From an uncultured Verrucomicrobiota bacterium (GTDB lineage: Bacteria > Verrucomicrobiota > CALLYA01): a stretch of DNA of 42,547 nucleotides. The notes beneath the pieces were generated by a model that saw only the letters and a list, made by a program, of their open reading frames with translations, made no database searches and was not told the DNA's origin. Position 1 is the first letter of the stretch. Each line of letters begins with the position of its first letter. The stretch spans positions 1-42,547 of the forward strand of contig CALLYA010000181.1 in NCBI GenBank assembly GCA_937875495.1, given 5' to 3'. Made by a program: the position numbers and the translations under genes. Of the stretch, positions 10,580 through 19,548 are shown piece by piece.

Positions 10580-10835
10580 CTCCGGAAGGGGAGGACAGGA
10601 AGGGGGGAGGGAAGGTGAAAGGTAAACTTGGAAGACGCAAAGACACGAAGGTCCGGAAGGAGAGGTTTGCCTGCAGGGTTGAGGTGATCCCGGCATCTGC
10701 CTCGGTCTGCTGAAAACGGCACATCTAAAAATTTCCCAATAAGGTAGGGATCAGAGCATGAAACCTACCCACCCCCATCGCCAAGTCGAAAACGCCACCG
10801 CGTCCTCTGCGGGAGACTCTCCGGCTCCGGAGAGG
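10580..10835 (+). repeat. mosaic dispersed repeat, copy B
   Basis: About 85-90% identical by eye to 39240..39470 (GGGGAGGACAGGAAGGGGGGAGGGAAGGTGAAAGG...GGTAGGGATCAGAGCAT..CCTACCCACCCCCAT..GTCGAAAACGCCACCGCG). It lies between two convergent genes. Confidence 0.8.
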
Positions 10836-10889
10836 GAGAACTCGCGCAGAGGCGCACGAGACGGGCGCTACTCTTTTCCCCAATACAAA

Positions 10890-13037
10890 TCACCGACCCT
10901 TGAACGCAGCAGGGACCGGCGGGATGTCCTTCGTGAGGACCACCGGTTTGCGCCTGCCCGCACGCTTGTAATCGAACGGTTCAAACCCGAGCTCCAGCGC
11001 CGGCGAATCCGGCTTGAGCCTGTAATCGTCCGCCGCCGGATTCTCAAATAGGGGATCCGCGATCACCGAATGCAGATCCTGCCCCCGCTCCTCCCGCCAC
11101 TGCTCCAGGCTGAGCCCGCCAGGAAAGGTCACCCGCTTGCCCGCATGCCAATACAGGTTGTAATCGAGCTTGAAATTGTCGTCGTTCCAGTTCGACCCCA
11201 GCAGCGGACTGTCGTTGTCCCACAACACGATGTTCCTCTCGAAGGTGAACGAGAGGTGCTCCTCCGTGCGCGTGCGCTGCAGCTGGTGCTCGCCGCCATA
11301 AGCCAGGATGTTGTTCGCGATCATGTTCTCCTTGCCATAGTGCTGATGAAAACCGCCACGCGAACAGCGGTAGACCAGGTTGTTGCGCATCTCCACACCG
11401 GTCGAGCCCTCGTCCGTGTATAGCCCCCACCCGCCGTAGTCATACGAAATCACATCGTGAAAATGGTTGTCGTGAATCGTCGTGCCGGGCGAAATGCCAA
11501 GCGTGTAGATGCAGCCCATGTCGCTCAATACACCCTGACCGATGTGATGCGCATGATTGAACCCCACCTCGTTGTGGTGCGCCTTGCTGCCGCTGTATCC
11601 CCAGACCCAACCGAGCGAGAACGCGGAGTAGTACAAGTCGTACACGTCGTTGTGCCGAACCACATTGTACGGAGAATGCCCCACCCAGACCCCGATCCCC
11701 GCCGGATGCAGGCGCCCCGCATGCGCGATCAGACAGTCCTCCACCGTGTGATGCGAAACCAATGCCTCCTCATCCTGCGGCACACTCAAGGTGTTGCCCC
11801 AGCCCGTCGGCAGCGCACTTCCGATCTTGATGCCGCCCGCGCCCAGGTCCACCAGCTCACACCCGAGCACTCGATTGTCGCGGCAGCCGGGACCGAACCC
11901 CATCGCATACTCGCCCACATGCCGCACCGCACAGTCCTCGAACAATAGGTCGCGCGCACCCATCGCGGCAACCGCCGCGCCCAGGTTGATCTCCGCCTGC
12001 GGGAACGACTGCCCGGAAGGCGTGATCGCCCAGTTCGAGTGCGCAAACGTCAGGCCGCGGAAGTGGATGTGCCGTACCCACGCTCGCGCCTCAACATCCC
12101 CACGCAACAACAGCAAGTGCTGCAGCCGCGGAGCGATCACCTCCGTCCGCGCAGGCGTCTCTCCGCTCCGCGGCAGATACGTCAGCACCCCCGTCGGCCG
12201 GTCCAAATACCACTGGCCGGGAAGCTCCAATGCCTCCTTCACATTCTCCAGGAAGAAACGATGCCCTTGAAGCAACTGCGCCCAGTTGCTGTCTCCCGTC
12301 GTGTGCCCCTGCATCCGGACAACCCGCTCCTCGACATCCACCTCCGCGATCGCCAGGCGCGAAGCCGCCCAGTGGTGAAAGGCGAAAACCTCCACGTCTT
12401 TCAGGTTCGCCCAGTCCGCACGTACCTGCCCCTCTTCAAACCCGAATTGATCATGCCCACGGCCACCGGCCGCCTCGGAGGGATCCAGCTTGCGCGCAAT
12501 GCTGTAATACCCCTCCTGCGGCAGGCGCGGACGAAACCGGCGCTGCTGGTCGACAAACAGCTGGGAGAAGGTCCACTCCCCGGCACGAACCGCATCCAGC
12601 GTCGTCTCCCAACGCCCGTCCTCGCCAACCCGCCAATCCGTGATCCGCCGGCCGCCACTCAGGATCGGGCGCTCCCCCTCAAAAGCCTGGTACACCACCG
12701 GCGCCGCCGCCGTGCCGGAATCCTCCGGAGCGAACTCCAGCGGTGCATCCAGCTCATACAGCCCCCCACGCACCAAGACCCGGATCGGAAGACCTTGCGA
12801 ACCGCTTTTCTCCAGGAGCGTACGCACCCGCTCCTGAGCCGTCGCTACCGTCGCAAGCGGACCGTCCGTGCCGTCGGCGTTGGGCTCGGCAATGGCCCCC
12901 GACCAGGCGTCATTACCGTTGGTCGCGACAAAAAGATCCGCCGCGGAAACCGACAACGCCAGGCATTGCAATAACAGGACAACCCCGAACATGCCGGCAG
13001 TCGCCTTTTGCGTGAGGAGTCTACTTAAATTTTCCAT
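10890..13037 (-). CDS. secreted right-handed parallel beta-helix repeat protein (pectate-lyase-fold polysaccharide-active enzyme)
   Basis: Signal peptide, then LFVATNGNDAWSG...PLATVATAQERV, the typical N-cap of beta-helix proteins. It is a paralogue of the C-terminal half of 57..3164. Confidence 0.8.
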   Translation of the reverse strand: MENLSRLLTQKATAGMFGVVLLLQCLALSVSAADLFVATNGNDAWSGAIAEPNADGTDGPLATVATAQERVRTLLEKSGSQGLPIRVLVRGGLYELDAPLEFAPEDSGTAAAPVVYQAFEGERPILSGGRRITDWRVGEDGRWETTLDAVRAGEWTFSQLFVDQQRRFRPRLPQEGYYSIARKLDPSEAAGGRGHDQFGFEEGQVRADWANLKDVEVFAFHHWAASRLAIAEVDVEERVVRMQGHTTGDSNWAQLLQGHRFFLENVKEALELPGQWYLDRPTGVLTYLPRSGETPARTEVIAPRLQHLLLLRGDVEARAWVRHIHFRGLTFAHSNWAITPSGQSFPQAEINLGAAVAAMGARDLLFEDCAVRHVGEYAMGFGPGCRDNRVLGCELVDLGAGGIKIGSALPTGWGNTLSVPQDEEALVSHHTVEDCLIAHAGRLHPAGIGVWVGHSPYNVVRHNDVYDLYYSAFSLGWVWGYSGSKAHHNEVGFNHAHHIGQGVLSDMGCIYTLGISPGTTIHDNHFHDVISYDYGGWGLYTDEGSTGVEMRNNLVYRCSRGGFHQHYGKENMIANNILAYGGEHQLQRTRTEEHLSFTFERNIVLWDNDSPLLGSNWNDDNFKLDYNLYWHAGKRVTFPGGLSLEQWREERGQDLHSVIADPLFENPAADDYRLKPDSPALELGFEPFDYKRAGRRKPVVLTKDIPPVPAAFKGR

Positions 13038-13284
13038 GGGCCTCTCTCAATCGGAAGATGGGTATGACCCGTCGCACGTGTGACTTCCGTCCCATCGCAG
13101 GCGACCGGTCACATCAAGATAAGGATCCGCTTTCCCTCCATATACCAGATCCCTTCTTCCAGGTCGAGATGCTCCGGTCCGCCCCATTCTTTTCCATAAG
13201 GAAGGCGAAAGCGACGCGAATAGGGTTGGTCGCAAAACGGATTGATTATCATTAAATCAATCCATATATCCCGGGGTGTATCAC

Positions 13285-13405
13285 TTGCAGTACCCGTACC
13301 CGTACTCCTACTCGTCCACGCTCTCCCAACTTCTCGTGCTCTAGTTCCATTCGCCTCCGCGTGTACGGGAACGTGTACCGCTTCGTTGTGTACGCGTACG
13401 TTACT
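13285..13405 (-). pseudogene. four-helix-bundle (23S rRNA IVS-type) gene remnant with conserved 5' leader
   Basis: MELEHEKL is followed directly by a GYGY-type tail (gtacgggtacgggtac). The upstream leader TGGGCCCAGTAACGTACGCGTACACAACGAAGCGGTACACGTTCC is near-identical to 37394..37450. Confidence 0.5.
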
Positions 13406-13420
13406 GGGCCCAACAAGGCG

Positions 13421-13556
13421 GTTGCTGAAAATCGCTCCGATGTAGCTGCCCCCCCCAATACACCTCTGCGTTCTCTGTGCCCTCTGCGGGAGTCCTCCCC
13501 ATCCGGACCCGGAGACCTTTCGTTGTGGCACAATTTGGTTTTCGGACGACCTCTAG
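13421..13556 (+). repeat. mosaic dispersed repeat, copy A (partial)
   Basis: GTTGCTGAAAA..GCTCCG..CCCAATACA.CTCTGCG...CGGGAG.CCTCCCCATCCGG.CCCGG.GACCTTT matches 42035..42121. The terminal GGTTTTCGGACGACCTCTAG matches 39526..39546 and, in reverse complement, 42444..42460. Confidence 0.75.
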
Positions 13557-13630
13557 CCTGGATTACGCAAAATTGCCCACGTGTGCACCGAATCAGTTTC
13601 CATTCGCAACTCTCCACCAGCCCTTATCAA

Positions 13631-13720
13631 AAGGTGGTGGAGTACATTCACCAGAATCACGTGAAGGCGGGACCATATCGCGTTCCTGAGGATTGGCCAT
13701 CGTCATTAGGCTGGTTGTCA
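13631..13720 (+). pseudogene. C-terminal remnant of an IS200/RAYT-like (Y1) transposase
   Basis: KVVEYIHQNHVKAGPYRVPEDWPSS resembles the conserved C-terminus (Y-I-H-x-N-P-V-K-A-G-L...PEDWPWSS) of REP-associated tyrosine transposases. There is no upstream catalytic part. Confidence 0.4.
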
Positions 13721-13919
13721 TGCACCAGCGCATGGAAGCGTGAGGCATGCGCCGTAATGTCTTGACTTCCCAACCGCCGGTTCTATCCTTTCTTCCTCGA
13801 AATACGTTTCGATCGTCTCTCCCAAGTCACGGCGAAACGGTGGACTGCCGGTGGACTTCAATCGCCTGCAAACCAACAAGGCGTGCCAATAAAGAGAACC
13901 TGGAAAAGGGAGTGTAGCC

Positions 13920-14864
13920 GTGATCGTTACGACCAAAGAACTGTTCAAACATGCCTATGGCAAATACGCCATCGGCGCCTACAACATCAACAATCTGGAA
14001 CAGACCATGGGCCTTTTCCAGGGCAATGTTCAGAGCAAAGCCCCGTTCATCGTGCAGCTCTCCAAGGGCGCGCGGTCGTACACGCATAAGCTGATGCTCG
14101 AAGCCCTGATGCGCACGGCCGATGAGATCTTTCCCGATGCCGTTTTCGCCATCCATCTCGACCACGGCGATGAGGCGACCTGCATGGATTGCATCAACTC
14201 CGGCATCTACTCCTCCGTCATGATCGATGCCTCGCACGAGTCGTTCGAGAAGAACATCGAAATCACCAAACGCGTCGTCGATGCAGCCCACGCCAAAGGC
14301 CTCGTGGTCGAGGCCGAACTCGGCCAGCTCGGCGGCGTCGAAGAGCATATCTCCGTCTCCGAGGCCGATGCCAAGCTCACCGACCCGAAACAGGCTAAAG
14401 AGTTTGTCGAGCGCACCAATGTCGACAGCCTCGCCTGCGCCATCGGTACCAGCCACGGCGCGTTCAAGTTCACTGGCAGCCAGGGCCTGCACTTCGAGGT
14501 CATCGAGGAGATCCAGCGCCTCCTGCCCGGATTCCCGCTCGTCATGCACGGTTCCAGCTCGGTCCCGCGCGAAGAGGTCGAGCGTATCAATGCCGCCGGC
14601 GGTAAGCTCCAAGGCGCTAAAGGCGTCGACGAAAATCAGTTCGCCCGCGCCGCTAAGCTCGGTGTGACCAAGGTCAATATCGATACCGACGGACGCCTCG
14701 TCTGGTGCAGGGTCCATCGCGAGATGTTCCGCGATGAGCCCGAAGTCTTTGACCTGCGCAAGCCCGGTAAGGTCTTTATGGCCGAATACGCCAACTTCAT
14801 CGCACACAAAAACGAGAAGCTCGGCAGCGCCGGCCAAGTTGACGCGGTCCGCACCAAGTTCTAA
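13920..14864 (+). CDS. fba: class II fructose-1,6-bisphosphate aldolase
   Basis: TTKELFKHAYGKYAIGAYNINN, IVQLSKGAR, HLDHG and GTSHGAFKF are hallmark class II FBA motifs. GTG start immediately after a stop codon. Confidence 0.9.
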   Translation: MIVTTKELFKHAYGKYAIGAYNINNLEQTMGLFQGNVQSKAPFIVQLSKGARSYTHKLMLEALMRTADEIFPDAVFAIHLDHGDEATCMDCINSGIYSSVMIDASHESFEKNIEITKRVVDAAHAKGLVVEAELGQLGGVEEHISVSEADAKLTDPKQAKEFVERTNVDSLACAIGTSHGAFKFTGSQGLHFEVIEEIQRLLPGFPLVMHGSSSVPREEVERINAAGGKLQGAKGVDENQFARAAKLGVTKVNIDTDGRLVWCRVHREMFRDEPEVFDLRKPGKVFMAEYANFIAHKNEKLGSAGQVDAVRTKF

Positions 14865-14885
14865 TTCCAGCCTGAAAATCCGTTC

Positions 14886-14930
14886 AAAAGCCTGGGTCCG
14901 CGTTCCCCAAACGCCGCCCAGGCTTTTTTG
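14886..14930 (+). terminator. putative intrinsic terminator downstream of fba
   Basis: AAAAGCCTGGG-(20 nt)-CCCAGGCTTTTTTG, a GC stem followed by a T-tract. The loop is rather long. Confidence 0.55.
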
Positions 14931-15020
14931 CGGACCGCAGACCGCAAACCCGCCAGGACGCCTCCCACCCTTGACCTCCACGCCGGTCGAATCTATTATG
15001 AACTCGAATGAAGGGGGAAC

Positions 15021-15545
15021 ATGAAGATCGGAATCGTCTCGGATAGTCATGAACAGCGCCATCACCTCCAGGCCGCGCTACAAGTCCTGAGTAAGGCAGG
15101 AGTGGAGGCGGTCGTTCACTGCGGGGACGTAGGGGACGACCTCGGTATGTTCGACGAGCTCGCCGGCATCGGCGTGCCCGTCTTTTTTGTTTGGGGGAAT
15201 ATGGACCACCCATCACCCCGCTGGAAGGCATACCTCCGGGATATCGGCCTCGATTGGCCCAACGGCCCGTTGCAGCTCGAGCTCGATGACAAAAAGATCG
15301 CGGTTTTTCACGGGCACGAACCCGGGTTCAAACGTGTACTACGCTCCAGCGGCTTTGACTTCATCCTCTGCGGACATTCCCACGAACGCAGTCTCGAAGA
15401 GCACAACGGGACCATTCTCATCAATCCAGGCGCACTGCATCGCACCCCCGTGAAATCAGTCGCCGTGCTCGACACACAAACCCGCGTCTGCCACTTCTTC
15501 GACCTCGAAGGCAATCCCCTGCCAATCCCCGAACCCACCACCTGA
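15021..15545 (+). CDS. YfcE/MJ0936-family metallophosphoesterase
   Basis: IGIVSDSH, HCGDV, GNMD, FHGH and CGHSH are the calcineurin-like motifs, in the expected order. Confidence 0.85.
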   Translation: MKIGIVSDSHEQRHHLQAALQVLSKAGVEAVVHCGDVGDDLGMFDELAGIGVPVFFVWGNMDHPSPRWKAYLRDIGLDWPNGPLQLELDDKKIAVFHGHEPGFKRVLRSSGFDFILCGHSHERSLEEHNGTILINPGALHRTPVKSVAVLDTQTRVCHFFDLEGNPLPIPEPTT

Positions 15546-15551
15546 CGCGTT

Positions 15552-16433
15552 ATGCCGATCCTGTTTCTGACCTCACTGATCTGGGCCTTCTCCTTCGGCC
15601 TCATCAAGCATAAACTCAACCTCGATCCCAGCTTCGCAGCCTTCCTCCGCCTCCTCCTCAGCTTCCTCGTCTTCCTACCCCTGCTCCAGCCCACGCGCAT
15701 TTCGCGACCGATCCTCGCCAAACTCACCCTCATCGGCGCCGTCCAGCACGGACTCATGTACGCGCTCTACATGAACGCCTTCCGCTTTCTCCCCGCACAC
15801 CTCGTCGCACTCTTCACCATCTTCACTCCGATCTTCGTCACCCTGATCTACGACTGGGACGAGCGCGTGTGGCACCCGCACCACCTCGGTGCCGCCGCCC
15901 TCGCCGTCATCGGCACCGGCGTGATCGTCGCCGAAAACGGGATCCAAGCCGCCACCCTCCTCGGTTTCACCATCATCCAGATCGCCAACTACTGCTTCGC
16001 TTACGGCCAGATCCGATACCGGTCCATTCTGCGCAAACACCCAGAGATCCAAGACCGACACGTCTTCGCCGCAGTCTACGCCGGCGCCGCAGCCGCAGCC
16101 TTCATCCCCGCGCTCATCGCCCTGATCACCGCCATCCTCGGCAGCGATCTCTCCGGCTTCCGCCCCAGTGGCCAGGACCTCTGGGTCATTACCTACCTCG
16201 GTATCATCCCCTCCGGCCTCTGCTTCTTCCTCTGGAATGCCGGCGCACGCCGCGCTCACCCCGCCGTGCTCGCCGTCATGAATAACCTCAAAATCCCCCT
16301 CGCCATCGCCGTCGCCCTGATCATCTTCCAGGAAAACGCCAATCTCCCACGCCTCCTCATCGGCGGCACCATCATGCTCGGCGCAGTCCTCTGGAGCCAT
16401 CGCATCGCCGACAACGAAGCAGAGATCGCATAG
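15552..16433 (+). CDS. EamA/DMT-family transporter
   Basis: About 10 predicted TM helices arranged as two EamA-like halves. The N-terminus LIWAFSFGLIK is typical. Confidence 0.75.
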   Translation: MPILFLTSLIWAFSFGLIKHKLNLDPSFAAFLRLLLSFLVFLPLLQPTRISRPILAKLTLIGAVQHGLMYALYMNAFRFLPAHLVALFTIFTPIFVTLIYDWDERVWHPHHLGAAALAVIGTGVIVAENGIQAATLLGFTIIQIANYCFAYGQIRYRSILRKHPEIQDRHVFAAVYAGAAAAAFIPALIALITAILGSDLSGFRPSGQDLWVITYLGIIPSGLCFFLWNAGARRAHPAVLAVMNNLKIPLAIAVALIIFQENANLPRLLIGGTIMLGAVLWSHRIADNEAEIA

Positions 16434-16515
16434 GCCCGACCGGATAGCACGAACTCGCGCAGAGGGCACCCCCAGGATTAAAGCTGGATTGTCCCGGACC
16501 GGCCCCATACACTCC

Positions 16516-16551
16516 GTCCATTGAGTCCACACAGTCCACACTCTCCACCAC
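16516..16551. repeat. 9-bp phased GTCC(A) minisatellite (4 units)
   Basis: GTCCATTGA GTCCACACA GTCCACACT CTCCACCAC, about 45-80 bp upstream of the hydrogenase small-subunit start. Confidence 0.75.
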
Positions 16552-16592
16552 CGACCTCCCGCTTGAGGCCCGTGGGCCTCAGGCTTCCGGCC
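16551..16592 (-). repeat. REP-like GC-rich hairpin element, copy 3
   Basis: The reverse complement reads GGCCGGAAGCCTGAGGCCC-a-cGGGCCTCAAGCGGGAGGTCGG. It ends 2 nt before the ATG of the hydrogenase small subunit. Confidence 0.6.
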
Positions 16593-16594
16593 AC

Positions 16595-17521
16595 ATGATC
16601 TCTCGCCGACAATTCCTTCAATTCTGCACCGCAGCCGCAGCCGAGCTCGGACTCAACCCCGGCCGGCTCCTCCAACTCCAGGCCGCGGTCGAAGCACCCG
16701 ATGCACCCACCGTCATCTGGCTGCACGGCAGCGGCTGCCAGGGCGATTCCATCTCCATGCTCAATCGCATCAGCAGCGATGAGGCCCCCCACGATGTCGC
16801 CGATTTCCTCATCAACTCACTCAACCTCGAGTTCCATTCGGTCCTCTCCGCCGCCGCCGGGACCACACTCGTCGAGCACGCCCACCATATCCTCGACACG
16901 CAACCCTTCTTCCTGATCGTCGAAGGCGGTATCCCCCTCGCCTTCCACGCCGAGGCCTGCACCGTCTGGGCGCACGACGGACAAGAGGTCACCTTCGCCG
17001 ATGCCGTCGCCACCTTCGCACGCAAGGCACGCGCCGTCGTTGCCGTCGGCACATGCGCAACCCATGGCGGCATCTCCGCCGCGCCACCCAACCCGACCGG
17101 TGTGGTCGGACTCCAAACCTTCCTGCAAAAACGCCGAATCCAGCCCCCATCCGTCATCAATATCAGCGGCTGCCCCGCACACCCCGACTGGATCATCAGC
17201 ACCCTCTGCCAGCTCTTCCTCGGCGAGCAGATCGAGTGCGACGACTACGGCCGCCCCTACGACATCTTCCGCTTCAATATCCACCGCGAATGCCCCCGGC
17301 GACGCGGGAAACCCACCTTCGTCGGTTTCGCCGACTCCTTCGGACAAGACCGCTATTGCCTGCAACGTATCGGCTGTCGCGGACCCCGCACCCGCGGCGA
17401 TTGCGCGAATCGCCTCTGGAACGACGGCTCAAGCTGGTGCGTCGATAGCAACGGGATGTGCTTCGGTTGCCCCGATCCCGACTTCCCCGCCGGTGACTTC
17501 TATCCCGACCCCGATGCCTGA
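16595..17521 (+). CDS. [NiFe]-hydrogenase small subunit with Tat signal
   Basis: Twin-arginine motif SRRQFLQF. VIWLHGSGCQGDS (proximal cluster Cys ligands) and further Cys clusters (GTCATHGG, CPAHPDW, GCRGP). Confidence 0.9.
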   Translation: MISRRQFLQFCTAAAAELGLNPGRLLQLQAAVEAPDAPTVIWLHGSGCQGDSISMLNRISSDEAPHDVADFLINSLNLEFHSVLSAAAGTTLVEHAHHILDTQPFFLIVEGGIPLAFHAEACTVWAHDGQEVTFADAVATFARKARAVVAVGTCATHGGISAAPPNPTGVVGLQTFLQKRRIQPPSVINISGCPAHPDWIISTLCQLFLGEQIECDDYGRPYDIFRFNIHRECPRRRGKPTFVGFADSFGQDRYCLQRIGCRGPRTRGDCANRLWNDGSSWCVDSNGMCFGCPDPDFPAGDFYPDPDA

Positions 17522-17569
17522 CCCCACCCCGCCCCGAACCATACGCTCCCAACACCGAACCCCACCGCC

Positions 17570-19033
17570 ATGGAAATCATCGCCGCTATCGATCCCGTAA
17601 CCCGCATCGAAGGCCATCTCAAGGTCCAGGTGACCATCGACTCCGTCGATAATACCCATCGCGTGACCGACGCACGCGCCTCCGGCACCCTCTTCCGCGG
17701 CTTCGAAAAACTCCTGGTCGGTCGCGCCCCCCGCGATGCACAGCACATCACCGAACGTATCTGCGGCATATGCCCCGTCGCCCACGGCATGGCCGCCGTG
17801 CGTGCGCTCGACGCAGCATGGCACGCCCACATCCCCACCAACGGCCGCATCCTCCGCAATCTCGTCGCCGCCGCGAACATCCTCGATTCCAATATCCTGC
17901 ACTTCTACCTGCTCGCTCTCCCCGACTTCTTCGACGGTCCCGGGAAAGGCCCGTGGCGCCCGACCTGGCCCGTGGACAAACGCTTCGCCGAGAACGAAGC
18001 CGGCGAACTCCTGGAGAACTACCGCCGCGCCATCGCCGTCCGCCGTCTCGCGCACGAGGTCGGCGCACTCTTCGGCGGGCGCATGCCACACCCGCCCGCA
18101 TTCATCCCCGGCGGATTCACCGCCAACCCACGCCCCGAACGCATCGCAGACGCACGCAAAAAACTGACCGAGATCCTCGCCTTCACCGCCTCCACCTACC
18201 TCGCCGATGTCGAACGGATCGCCGAACGCTACCCCGACTACGCCAACATCGGCACCGGCCACGGCCATCTCATCGCCTTCGGCGCATTCCCCTTCGACGA
18301 CGCCGAAGACCAACGTCTCTTCACCAGCGGCCGCCGCCTCGCCGGCGGTGAAGACCTGCTCCCGCTTCAGCCCGAGGCCATCACCGAAGAGATCCGCTTC
18401 GCCTGGTACGCCGACAACACCTCCAAGCGCCACCCGACCGACGGCAAGACCGAACCCGTTAAGCCCAAGCCTGATGCCTACTCGTGGCTCAAATCCCCCC
18501 GCCACAACGGACTCCCCATGGAGGCCGGACCCCTCGCGCGTATGGTCATCTCCGGCAGGTACCCGTTTCAAACCTCCGTCCTGGACCGTCTCCGCGCACG
18601 CGCTCAAGAGACCCGGCTCATCGCCGAGCAATGCCTCCAGTGGCTCGATCAGCTGACCCCCAACGGTCCCGTCTACCAGAAGCCCGATATGCCCGAAACC
18701 GCCGAGGGCGTCGGCATGACCGAGGCACCACGCGGCGCGCTCGGTCACTGGCTGCGCATCGAAAAAGGCCGGATCGCACACTACCAAATCATCACACCGA
18801 CCACTTGGAACGCCGGCCCGCGCGACGATCAGGATGTGCCGGGTCCCCTCGAACAGGCGCTCATCGGTACCACCATCCGAAACCCGGATCAGCCGATCGA
18901 GGTCCTCCGCATCATCCACTCCATGGACCCCTGCCTCGATTGCGCCGTGCATACCATGACCCCGGGCGAGGCCGGTCCGAAAATCGTTTCCCTCCTGCAA
19001 CCCAACGGCAGCAGTGCCGGCGCCATCCAATGA
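17570..19033 (+). CDS. [NiFe]-hydrogenase large subunit (487 aa)
   Basis: N-terminal DPVTRIEGH, L1 motif RICGICPVAH and C-terminal DPCLDCAVH, followed by a ~30-aa extension that is the substrate for the protease. Confidence 0.9.
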   Translation: MEIIAAIDPVTRIEGHLKVQVTIDSVDNTHRVTDARASGTLFRGFEKLLVGRAPRDAQHITERICGICPVAHGMAAVRALDAAWHAHIPTNGRILRNLVAAANILDSNILHFYLLALPDFFDGPGKGPWRPTWPVDKRFAENEAGELLENYRRAIAVRRLAHEVGALFGGRMPHPPAFIPGGFTANPRPERIADARKKLTEILAFTASTYLADVERIAERYPDYANIGTGHGHLIAFGAFPFDDAEDQRLFTSGRRLAGGEDLLPLQPEAITEEIRFAWYADNTSKRHPTDGKTEPVKPKPDAYSWLKSPRHNGLPMEAGPLARMVISGRYPFQTSVLDRLRARAQETRLIAEQCLQWLDQLTPNGPVYQKPDMPETAEGVGMTEAPRGALGHWLRIEKGRIAHYQIITPTTWNAGPRDDQDVPGPLEQALIGTTIRNPDQPIEVLRIIHSMDPCLDCAVHTMTPGEAGPKIVSLLQPNGSSAGAIQ

Positions 19034-19515
19034 CCCGCTCATACCCCATCCTCGTGCTCGGCCTCGGTAACGAACTCCTGCAGGACGACGGCCTCGGTAT
19101 CCACGCACTGCGTATGCTGAGGCTCCAACCGCCACCCGCTGAAGCAATCCTCGCCGAGATCGGCACCGCCGCACTCAACGCACTCCCCTTCCTGGAAGAC
19201 GCACGCCACGTCATCGCTCTGGATGCCATCGCCGCCGGTGATCCACCCGGCACCCTGCATCATTACACGCTCCAGGAGCTCGTCCCCACTAGCATCAGCG
19301 GCGGACTCCATGATCTCGGACTCCATGGAGTGCTCCAAATGCTCCCACAAGGGCATCCAATACCAACCATCGAGGTCTGGGGACTCGAACCCGCCTCGAC
19401 CGAGCTCGGCCTGGAGCCGACCCACGAAGTCGCACGCGCGCTTCCGAACCTGGTCCAATGCGTGAGCGGCCGCATCGCGGAGCTCTCACACCCCGCAACG
19501 CGGCCGCACACCTGA
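19030..19515 (+). CDS. hydrogenase maturation endopeptidase (HyaD/HybD family)
   Basis: ILVLGLGNELLQDDGLG motif. The ATG overlaps the large-subunit stop (ATGA). Confidence 0.85.
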   Translation: MTRSYPILVLGLGNELLQDDGLGIHALRMLRLQPPPAEAILAEIGTAALNALPFLEDARHVIALDAIAAGDPPGTLHHYTLQELVPTSISGGLHDLGLHGVLQMLPQGHPIPTIEVWGLEPASTELGLEPTHEVARALPNLVQCVSGRIAELSHPATRPHT

Positions 19516-19548
19516 ATTAGCCTGCCCGGTCGTCGCATTCGCCGCCGG

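Noticed and set aside
10306-10722. ORFs encoded by the mosaic repeats (10306..10722, 10758..11051, 39130..39576, the N-terminal 150 aa of 41617..42306, and 13109..13531)
   Set aside because: The similar peptides (..LRVFASSKF.FHLPSPLPVLP.., ..GWGGLPQ..QRCIG..) arise from repeat DNA present in both orientations and in different frames. They overlap real genes or gene fragments and lack starts or RBSs, so I treated them as non-coding repeats.
13827-15065. 412-aa minus-strand ORF
   Set aside because: It is antisense to class II fructose-bisphosphate aldolase. It has shadow-ORF composition and no motifs.
17429-19174. 581-aa minus-strand ORF across the hydrogenase genes
   Set aside because: It is antisense to the [NiFe]-hydrogenase large subunit, which has unambiguous motifs. 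The translation is Gly/Ala/Val/Asp-rich with no motifs.
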